From NCBI RefSeq assembly GCF_000341735.1, contig NZ_KB455575.1, positions 453,778 to 477,777 of the forward strand: a stretch of 24,000 bases of DNA, given 5' to 3'. Source of the stretch: Methylotuvimicrobium buryatense 5G. GTDB taxonomy: Bacteria; Pseudomonadota; Gammaproteobacteria; Methylococcales; Methylomonadaceae. A program made the position numbers and the translations under genes. Below, piece after piece: positions 17,909 through 24,000 of the stretch. Under the pieces are notes generated by a model. That model saw only the letters and a list, made by a program, of their open reading frames with translations, had not been told where the DNA came from and ran no database searches. How positions within the stretch are numbered: position 1 is the first letter of the stretch; each line of letters starts with the position of its first letter.

Positions 17909-18943
17909 ATGACTGAACCCAAACAATTAGCGGTACAAGCCCTGCAATGGACAGGCGATTCGTTAAAAGTCCTGGATCAAAGGCTGCTTCCCGAAACTAT
18001 CGCTTATGAAGACTACCGCGATGCGCTGGGAGTCGCTGAAGCCATAAAAACTATGCGTGTGCGCGGAGCGCCCGCGATCGGTATTGCGGCGGCCTACGGT
18101 GTGGCGTTGTCGGTGAAGCAGCATTGTCACGATCGTTCGGTAAATTGGTCTGATAAGGTGTTTGCCGATATCGAACGGCTGGCGGCATCGCGCCCGACTG
18201 CGGTTAATTTATTTTGGGCCTTGGACCGGATGAAAGCGCTTTTAAATTCCCAACCGGAGGATCCGGTGGCGGCAACACAAGCCTTGGCCGTAGAAATCCA
18301 TCAGGACGATATTGCCGCGAATCATCGAATCGGCGAGTTAGGCGCCGACATTATCGGTGGGGCTAAAGGCGTTTTGACGCATTGTAATGCCGGAGCTTTG
18401 GCGACAGGCGGTTACGGTACGGCGCTCGGCGTGATTCGAAGCGCCTGCCGGCGAGGCTTAAATAAAGTCTTTGCGGGAGAAACTCGCCCTTGGTTACAAG
18501 GCGCCCGACTGACCGTATGGGAATTGGCTCAAGACGATATTGCGGCGACCTTGATAGCCGATTCAGCAGCAGCTTGGTTGATGAAGTCGGGTGCGGTCGA
18601 TTGGATCGTCGTCGGTGCCGATCGGATTGCGGCGAACGGCGATACCGCAAACAAAATCGGCACCTATTCGTTGGCGGTATTGGCTAAACAGCATGGCGTC
18701 AAGTTAATGGTAGCGGCTCCGTTATCGACGATCGATTGGAATCTTGCCGACGGTGGCGGTATTGAAATCGAACAGCGCGAACCTAATGAATTGTTACCGG
18801 ATAGTTATAATCAGGAATCCTTGGTCAGTGCTTGGAACCCGGTATTCGATGTGACGCCGGTCGAATTGATTTCGGCGATCGTGACCGAGCGCGGCGTGGT
18901 ATTGAATCCATCGGAAAATGGCATGGGGAGTCTTAAATTATGA
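17909..18943 (+). CDS. mtnA: S-methyl-5-thioribose-1-phosphate isomerase
   Basis: 344 aa. eIF-2B/MtnA family motifs (MRVRGAPAIG, RPTAVNL, THCNAGALAT, GADRIAANGDTANKIGTY). Confidence 0.9.
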   Translation: MTEPKQLAVQALQWTGDSLKVLDQRLLPETIAYEDYRDALGVAEAIKTMRVRGAPAIGIAAAYGVALSVKQHCHDRSVNWSDKVFADIERLAASRPTAVNLFWALDRMKALLNSQPEDPVAATQALAVEIHQDDIAANHRIGELGADIIGGAKGVLTHCNAGALATGGYGTALGVIRSACRRGLNKVFAGETRPWLQGARLTVWELAQDDIAATLIADSAAAWLMKSGAVDWIVVGADRIAANGDTANKIGTYSLAVLAKQHGVKLMVAAPLSTIDWNLADGGGIEIEQREPNELLPDSYNQESLVSAWNPVFDVTPVELISAIVTERGVVLNPSENGMGSLKL

Positions 18944-19671
18944 AATTTTCCAAAAAAGGCAATAATCCGGCCTGGGCAGTGAGTTGTTTTTTTCGCGGCC
19001 TGCGTTGGGCACTTAAGCCGGAATTGCGCAAATTTATCGTGATTCCGGTTTTGATTAATCTCGTGCTCTATAGCGCGGTGTTGGTACTCGGGTATTATTA
19101 TGTTGCCGACCTCATAGCGCATTTTATCCCGGACTGGTTGTCATGGTTAAGCTGGGTTTTATGGCCGCTGTTTTTTCTCAGTTTTTTTATCGCCGGATTT
19201 TTCACGTTTACCATTTTGGCGAATTTGATTGCGGCGCCGTTTTACGGCGCATTGTCGGCAAAATCGGCGGAACTCATTACGGGCCGAAAGCTTGAGGCCG
19301 GCGCGCATTCCGTCAACAAAATCATCCTGGCCGAATTCAAGCGCTTCGGTTATTTGGGTAGTAGGGCATTGCCGTTGTTAATTGTGTCGATCATTCCCGG
19401 TATTAATATCGCGGCACCTTTTTTATGGGGTTTGTTCGGGGCTTGGGGTGCGGCATTGGAATACATGGCTTATCCATTGGAAAATGCCGGTTTGTTATTT
19501 TCCGAGCAACGAAAAGTACTCAAAAGCATTCGTCTCGGTTCGATGAGCTTCGGCGGCGTCACGATGGTAGGATTAACCTTACCGATAGTAAATATCATCG
19601 TCGCGCCGGCCGCCGTGATTGGGGCGACTATTTATGTATTGCAGGCTGGGGAGGGCGAGACTACGCAATGA
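18940..19671 (+). CDS. cysZ: sulfate transporter CysZ
   Basis: 243 aa membrane protein with a CysZ-like N-terminus (F.RGL....P.LR.F...P.LINL.L) and 4 or more TM segments. The ATG overlaps the mtnA stop (ATGA). Confidence 0.8.
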   Translation: MKFSKKGNNPAWAVSCFFRGLRWALKPELRKFIVIPVLINLVLYSAVLVLGYYYVADLIAHFIPDWLSWLSWVLWPLFFLSFFIAGFFTFTILANLIAAPFYGALSAKSAELITGRKLEAGAHSVNKIILAEFKRFGYLGSRALPLLIVSIIPGINIAAPFLWGLFGAWGAALEYMAYPLENAGLLFSEQRKVLKSIRLGSMSFGGVTMVGLTLPIVNIIVAPAAVIGATIYVLQAGEGETTQ

Positions 19672-19723
19672 ATCAAGGAGTAGTGCTATGGATAGCGCAA
19701 TATTTCCGGTATTGCGGGACAGA

Positions 19724-19750
19724 ATGCGGTGCGATAAGACTAAATGCTTG
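19724..19750 (+). repeat. 27-bp perfect direct repeat, left copy (DR-L)
   Basis: ATGCGGTGCGATAAGACTAAATGCTTG is identical to 23522-23548, and the flanks are unrelated on both sides. On the minus strand it reads KHLVLSHR, an MBL-fold motif. Confidence 0.75.
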
Positions 19751-19902
19751 ACCCCGATCTTTCGAGCAGGCGTTGCTTAATATTAATCCGCCGTGAATAG
19801 CCCACCCGCAAGATCACCAATCAGCTTCTCAAACGGAGGCGGCTTCCGATACGGGTCTTCTGCGATCAGTGCCAGCAATTCCTGGGCTTTTGCTTTTGGC
19901 AT
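19740..19902 (-). pseudogene. Txe/YoeB(RelE)-family toxin remnant, N-terminally truncated and frameshifted
   Basis: The minus strand reads MPKAKAQELLALIAEDPYRKPPPFEKLIGDLAGGLF, then after a 1-nt frameshift RRINIKQRL. This matches the ...NP(F/Y)..PPP(Y/F)EKL.GDLSG.(Y/F)SRRIN..HRLVY core of this toxin family. About 25 N-terminal and about 25 C-terminal residues are missing. Confidence 0.5.
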
Positions 19903-20242
19903 CAAGGCCGCTGGAGGCCAACTTCTTTGCATCTTTCTGGGTTTGCTTGGTACATTAGCAGGAAAGCAGCAGGAAAGGAGGGGAGGAAGGCGGAAAGCAA
20001 GCGATACGATATAACTTGGATCTAACCTTGTTTATTCCAAAACCTGAATCCATTGGTTTTCATTGCGAAGAAACTGAATGGTAATACGGTAGGGTGTAGA
20101 GTTTAACTTCTAAGGGGCAAACAGCACATTAAAATCCGCTTACAAGATGCTTAATGCTCAAATTCGCTCTTGAGACTCCCGATCTGCGGCTGAGGTCGCT
20201 GGCGTCGACAAGCCACTTACAATCCACCGCGAGTATTACGAT

Positions 20243-20968
20243 ATGCGTACACTCTATCAATTTCCGATTTCGCATTACTGCGAAAAGGTTCGCTGGGCCT
20301 TGGACCACAAACAACTCGATTACCGGACCCGGAACCTGTTGCCGGGACTGCACGCACGAACCACGAAGAAGCTGGCTGCCGAGTCGACGGTACCGGTTCT
20401 GGTCGATTCCGGCAAGGCCATACAAGACTCGAGCGACATTATCGACTATCTCGACTCGCGTTATCCCGACACGCCGCTGACGCCGGGCGAACCGGAATTA
20501 AAGGAAGAGGCGCAATACTGGGAAAAATTCGCCGACGAACGCATCGGCGTAGCGGTTAGGGCGGTCTGCTACGACACGCTCTTAGACCATCCCGGCCTGT
20601 TGATCCCGATCTTCACCGCCAACGGTCCCTGGTACGGCCGTCCGATCATGCCAGTCATTTATCCTAAATTGCGTCTGCAAATGCGTAAACTGATGATGAT
20701 CGAACCGCGCACGGTCAAACTCGCGCAGCAACGTTTAGAGAAAGCGATCGACAAAATTGACGCACACCTGAAAGGCCGCCGTTTCATGGTCGGCGACCGC
20801 TTCACGCGCGCCGACATCGCTGTGGCGTCATTCTTGGCGCCGCTGTGCAAAATCCGGAAATTCAGCGTCGAATGGCCCGCAGTCTATCCAGAGCCGCTCG
20901 AATCCCTCACGGCTTCCTGGGCCGGCAAGCTAAGCTGGGTCGAACGACTCTATCAGGATTATCGTTGA
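20243..20968 (+). CDS. glutathione S-transferase family protein
   Basis: 241 aa. Thioredoxin-like N-domain (LYQFPISHYCEKVRWAL...TVPVLVD...DSSDIIDYL) and a helical C-domain. Confidence 0.8.
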   Translation: MRTLYQFPISHYCEKVRWALDHKQLDYRTRNLLPGLHARTTKKLAAESTVPVLVDSGKAIQDSSDIIDYLDSRYPDTPLTPGEPELKEEAQYWEKFADERIGVAVRAVCYDTLLDHPGLLIPIFTANGPWYGRPIMPVIYPKLRLQMRKLMMIEPRTVKLAQQRLEKAIDKIDAHLKGRRFMVGDRFTRADIAVASFLAPLCKIRKFSVEWPAVYPEPLESLTASWAGKLSWVERLYQDYR

Positions 20969-20972
20969 GGCG

Positions 20973-21036
20973 GCGAAAAAAGGGTCCGAAAAAAGATTCA
21001 AGTTTATTTAATATTCAACCTGAACCCCTTTAAAAA
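20973..21036 (+). repeat. hairpin repeat family R5, copy a, immediately after the GST stop (possible terminator)
   Basis: GCGAAAAAAGGGTCCGAAAAAAGATTCAAGTTTATTTAATATTCAACCTGAACCCCTTTAAAAAG is about 70% identical to 21501-21562. Confidence 0.4.
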
Positions 21037-21087
21037 GCGGAGCGTAACGTAGTTTTTGCGCGTCCGAGTTGGTGGCGATGCTTGGCG

Positions 21088-21364
21088 CAGCAATTCCCAA
21101 TTTGGAGATCAAAAAGGGTGTGGGGTATGCTTGGCGAGGATGTCGGCAGCAGGGCAGATTTTTGCTCCTCGGCAATTGCTGAGTTACATGGATGTAATGA
21201 ATGCAGAAAATGCAGGAGCATTTTTCTGCCCTGCATTGCCCTACTACACGCCATCCTTGGCGTTTGAGCTGCCGCCAAGCCCCCATGGATGGGTTTACGG
21301 CGTTCCTCGACAGGCATACCCCACACCCTAAAATCGGCGAAACTGCTCAAACTGGGAATTGCTG
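21088..21364. mobile_element. 277-bp palindromic MITE-like element (family R3: divergent left arm, near-canonical right arm)
   Basis: The left arm starts with CAGCAATTCCCAATTTGG and ends with GGGTGTGGGGTATGC. The right arm starts with GCATACCCCACACCC and ends with CAAACTGGGAATTGCTG. There are nested internal inverted repeats (CAGGGCAGATTTTTGCTCCT / AGGAGCATTTTTCTGCCCTG). The element is flanked by ATGCTTGGCG (21078-21087) and ATGTTTGGCG (21365-21374). Confidence 0.6.
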
Positions 21365-21500
21365 ATGTTTGGCGAATTATCCGTGCAGAGTTGCCTCCGC
21401 AATCTCCCTAACACATGACATTGTGATGCCGTGCCGCTGCTCTACTGCAAATTGGTGCTTGGCTTCTTCAAATTCAGTAAGGGTCCACTTCCGACAGGCT

Positions 21501-21562
21501 GCGAAAAAAGGGAGACAGAAAAGGGGTAAGTTGAACTAATAATTAAACCTGACCCCTTTTTT
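21501..21562 (+). repeat. hairpin repeat family R5, copy b (terminator-like stem plus T-tract)
   Basis: AAAAGGGGTAAGTT...AACCTGACCCCTTTTTT gives a stem of about 13 bp followed by T6. Confidence 0.45.
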
Positions 21563-21671
21563 GGACAATCCTTTTATAAGTTGTTCTTGAAAACGGAGCT
21601 TTTTGAGAAGCCTTGTTGCGTTATCTCTGCGGCGCACAGAATCAAGGCGCTTCTATTCTCACAAATAGTTC

Positions 21672-21700
21672 TTGAAACTATATTCTCGCACTACTACTAT
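21672..21700 (+). promoter_or_regulatory. candidate sigma70 promoter of the DUF433/DUF5615 operon
   Basis: TTGAAA (21672-21677), 17 nt, then TACTAT (21695-21700). AAGGAG lies 6 nt before ATG 21729. The -35 box sits in a GTTCTTGAAAC motif that is repeated at 21583-21594. Confidence 0.4.
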
Positions 21701-21728
21701 GACAACGAGTTTCGATAAGGAGTAGAGC

Positions 21729-21959
21729 ATGGGACAACTGAATCGCATCACCCAAGAACCCGATGTGATGGGTGGCAAAGCATGTATCCGTGGAATGCGC
21801 GTCACGGTCGGCATGATTGTGGGACAAATCGGTGCGGGACACAGCGTTGATGAAATTCTCGCCGATTACCCCTACCTTGAGCGCGAAGACATCATGCAGG
21901 CGCTTCGTTACGCTGCCTGGCTAGCCGAAGAACGCGAGGTCGTACTAGCCTCCGCATGA
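21729..21959 (+). CDS. DUF433-domain protein (putative antitoxin-like DNA-binding component)
   Basis: 76 aa. The pattern P.VMGGKACIRGMRV.V..IV......G.S.DEIL.DYP.LE.EDI..AL.YA is the DUF433 signature. A 4-nt overlap with the next gene is typical TA-like coupling. Confidence 0.8.
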   Translation: MGQLNRITQEPDVMGGKACIRGMRVTVGMIVGQIGAGHSVDEILADYPYLEREDIMQALRYAAWLAEEREVVLASA

Positions 21960-22342
21960 AGCTGCTCGTCGATATGAACCTGTCCCCGCGCTGGATCGGA
22001 TTGTTAGTCAATGCTGGCATTGAAGCTGAGCATTGGTCAACACTGGGTGAAAAAAATGCTCCGGATTCGAAAATCATGGCTTACGCCAGCGCGAACGACT
22101 ATGTGGTCCTCACACACGATTTGGACTTCAGCGCGATCCTTGCCGCTACACATGGCAAGAAGCCCAGCGTCGTGCAAATTCGTGCCGAGGATGTCAGCCC
22201 GGACGTGATCGGATTGCAGGTCATCGCTGCCTTGCGGCAAATGGCATCCGAATTGGAAAACGGCGCATTGCTTACCGTTGATCCAAATCGCACCCGAATG
22301 CGACTACTACCTTTTCAATTGAGGACAGGGGATGAAGCTTAA
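21956..22342 (+). CDS. DUF5615-domain protein (PIN-like / Mut7-C-like putative toxin nuclease)
   Basis: 128 aa. MKLLVDMNLSPRW...D..I..YA.....V.LTHDLDF is the DUF5615 pattern that habitually follows DUF433. Confidence 0.8.
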   Translation: MKLLVDMNLSPRWIGLLVNAGIEAEHWSTLGEKNAPDSKIMAYASANDYVVLTHDLDFSAILAATHGKKPSVVQIRAEDVSPDVIGLQVIAALRQMASELENGALLTVDPNRTRMRLLPFQLRTGDEA

Positions 22343-22443
22343 TATCGCCAGTCACAAGAAAATCTTTTCCTTTATAAGGGAACACATCCCCTGTGTGCTT
22401 TGTGTCCATGATGATTCACCCGATGGGTTTCAAGTTAAAGTTA

Positions 22444-22672
22444 CCTGATTAGCAAGATGCTTCAGCTTGCTGAAGCCAATTGTCCGAGCAGTGGCCAGTC
22501 GTAGCCACTTCTGCGGGACGGGTTATTTAACCCGTCCCCAACGTTTCGGTTTGCCCTAAACATTTCGGCTAACTTTGGCCAAAGTCAAAACGTTTAGGAC
22601 GGGGTTGCAAACCCCGTCCTGCTAGGGATATGCTGGTTTTTGGGCTTTAGCTGAAGAAACTTGCTAATCAGG
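22444..22672. mobile_element. 229-bp MITE (family R1) with about 24-bp TIRs and an 8-bp target-site duplication
   Basis: TIRs CCTGATTAGCAAGATGCTTCAGCT / AGCTGAAGAAACTTGCTAATCAGG. The perfect direct repeat TAAAGTTA lies at 22436-22443 and 22673-22680. Internal GGGACGGG..CCCGTCCC and GGACGGGG..CCCCGTCC hairpins. No ORF. Confidence 0.7.
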
Positions 22673-22704
22673 TAAAGTTATGCCTCGGTCTCAAGAGTAG
22701 CCAG

Positions 22705-22779
22705 ATGCTTATTGGCTATGCGCGTGTCTCGACGCAAGATCAAAACCTTGATCTTCCGAACGTAAAAAACTGCACCTAA
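22705..22779 (+). pseudogene. serine recombinase (resolvase/invertase) N-terminal stump
   Basis: MLIGYARVSTQDQNLDL is the catalytic-serine N-terminus of Gin/Hin/Tn3-type recombinases. Homology ends after codon 17 and the frame stops 8 codons later. Confidence 0.65.
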
Positions 22780-22934
22780 CCACCGGTGATACCATAGCCT
22801 GGGAAGTTGAAGCAGATGGCCGGATATGGGGCCGCCGCATAGCGCCTTTTGGTCTTGATTGTCTGGCCGCTGTTAGCGGCACACTGTCAGAATGGAATAG
22901 TCCCGAAGATGACGAGTCCTATCGTGACTTATAG
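22752..22934 (+). pseudogene. AbrB/MazE/SpoVT-type antitoxin, 5'-truncated (no start codon)
   Basis: The frame reads SSERKKLHLTTGDTIAWEVEADGRIW...LSEWNSPEDDESYRDL*. This is the second half of a swapped-hairpin AbrB fold plus the acidic toxin-binding tail. The N-terminal beta strand, start codon and promoter are absent. The 3' end overlaps the toxin start. Confidence 0.6.
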
Positions 22935-23265
22935 CTGTTACGATATTGTCAAAGTACCCTTTCCGTTTACTGATCGGCAATCAAGTAAAAACCGCCCAGC
23001 CTTGGTATTATCCGTCGACAAAACCTTTAATTCGCCAATCGGTCATAGCGTTATGTCCATGATTACCAGCGCGAAACATTCAGGCTGGCCTTTGGATACC
23101 CAAATTGAAAACTTAATGGCAGCCGGATTACCATCACCATTTATTATTCGTTTAAAGCTGTTCACGCTGGACAATCGTCTGATTTTGGCGAAATTAGGGC
23201 AGTTTGCTTCGGCTGATCAAATCGCAGTTGAACAGCGTCTAAAAACGCTTTTTTGTTTGTCATAG
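22909..23265 (+). CDS. PemK/MazF-family type II toxin (mRNA interferase), apparently intact
   Basis: YDIVKVPFPFTDRQSSKNRPALVLS...MITSAKH...GLPSPFIIRLKLFTLDNRLI matches the (G)DIV.V.FPFTD....K.RPALV...ITS...S.V...K..T MazF pattern. Alternative GTG start at 22924. Confidence 0.75.
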   Translation: MTSPIVTYSCYDIVKVPFPFTDRQSSKNRPALVLSVDKTFNSPIGHSVMSMITSAKHSGWPLDTQIENLMAAGLPSPFIIRLKLFTLDNRLILAKLGQFASADQIAVEQRLKTLFCLS

Positions 23266-23382
23266 TGGGATCATCAAAAATTTGAATTCTGTTGATGCCA
23301 TTTACAGACCAAAACGATCGGGTTGGTTGAATAAGCGCGTCACGCCCGCATTCCCAGGAAAGTGCTCAAGGGGTATGAATAA

Positions 23383-24000
23383 TTACGTTAGGAACGATCG
23401 GTAGTTACTTTCCACAGCGGTCAATGGATAACTCTCCAAATCGTCGGCAAAATCGATCGGTCCCGGAAAGTGCTTGCGTATGATTGCCGAGGTTTCTTCT
23501 TCCATGCCTTCGGTTCGCCGCATGCGGTGCGATAAGACTAAATGCTTGGCCTTTGCGGCCTGTGCGATTTTGCCGATTTCCGAAGGCGGCATGTGCAGAT
23601 TTCGGGCGGCTCCTGTTGCTTGTTCCGGTATCGCATGGTGGGCGATGAGTAAGTCGGAGTCTTCGGCTAGCTTAACCAAAGTTTCGTATTGGTTGCTGGA
23701 GTCGCCGGAGATGACGATGCGGCAGTCTTCTGCGTCGATTCGCCAGGCTAAAGCGGGCAAGGGGCCGTGATGCACGGAAATGGCGCTGATGTTTAAATTC
23801 GGTGCAATATTGAATGATTGTATCTTGTTTTTGGTGAAACGGACGTTGTGAGCATGTATTTTATAATTGCTCGGGCTGTCGGGGTTGATGTATTCGTTTA
23901 AGTAACGGTAGATGCCGGTTTTGCCGAACAATTGATTGATAAATTCCTTTGTCGAAGGCATGAGATCGTTGCCTGATGGGCCATAGATCGGTAAGTCAAC
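23383..24000 (-). CDS. MBL-fold metallo-hydrolase (5' end lies outside the window)
   Basis: The frame is open to the window edge (VDLPIYGPSGNDL...). Contains ISGDSS, LIAHHAIPE and AKHLVLSHR motifs of the beta-lactamase-fold hydrolases. It contains DR-R. Confidence 0.75.
   Translation of the reverse strand, partial: VDLPIYGPSGNDLMPSTKEFINQLFGKTGIYRYLNEYINPDSPSNYKIHAHNVRFTKNKIQSFNIAPNLNISAISVHHGPLPALAWRIDAEDCRIVISGDSSNQYETLVKLAEDSDLLIAHHAIPEQATGAARNLHMPPSEIGKIAQAAKAKHLVLSHRMRRTEGMEEETSAIIRKHFPGPIDFADDLESYPLTAVESNYRSFLT
23522..23548 (+). repeat. 27-bp perfect direct repeat, right copy (DR-R), inside the MBL-fold gene
   Basis: Identical to 19724-19750. The neighbouring bases differ immediately on both sides. 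Confidence 0.75.

Noticed and set aside
21377-21495. Minus-strand frame reading ...KWTLTEFEEAKHQFAVEQRHGITMSCVREIAEATLHG* between the R3 palindrome and R5b
   Set aside because: It looks protein-like and may be the C-terminal shard of a lost gene. However it has no start codon and no family I can name, and it is bounded by repeats. Not reportable as a feature.
1-24000. Search by eye for CRISPR arrays, tRNA/rRNA genes, integrase or transposase ORFs, and multi-gene defence loci
   Set aside because: I found no regularly spaced direct repeats, no tRNA-like T-arm or acceptor patterns in intergenic regions, and no intact recombinase or transposase ORF. Only the 17-codon resolvase stump is present. 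A covariance-model scan (tRNAscan/Infernal) would be needed to exclude small RNAs formally.

Overview
This is a chromosomal segment from a gammaproteobacterium. The gene order trpB-trpA-accD-folC-dedD-cvpA-purF-metZ and the mtnA / mtaD-ubiG-HAD phosphatase-yciK cluster match the arrangement known from Pseudomonas and enterics. A periplasmic MxaD-like protein hints at a methylotroph, but that is inference only. There are two housekeeping blocks, 1-8062 and 13734-19671, and two accessory, repeat-rich patches. Patch A (about 8063-13733) holds a secreted SRPBCC/MxaD-like protein plus a YVTN beta-propeller, a composite nested MITE, a cation:proton antiporter fused to a USP domain, and about 900 bp with no convincing gene. 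Patch B (about 19672-23550) holds a Txe/YoeB-like toxin remnant, a GST, a 277-bp palindromic element, a DUF433/DUF5615 pair, a clean MITE insertion with an 8-bp target-site duplication, a serine-recombinase stump fused to a 5'-truncated AbrB-type antitoxin, and an intact MazF/PemK-like toxin. Patch B is bracketed by a perfect 27-bp direct repeat, one copy of which lies inside an MBL-fold hydrolase gene. At least six intergenic repeat families recur in the window. I found no rRNA, tRNA or CRISPR array, and no convincing large novel multigene system. The best leads are the repeat-bounded, decaying toxin-antitoxin islet, the MITE families, and the uncharacterised two-gene modules. All protein calls rest on motif recognition by eye. 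No database search was run.
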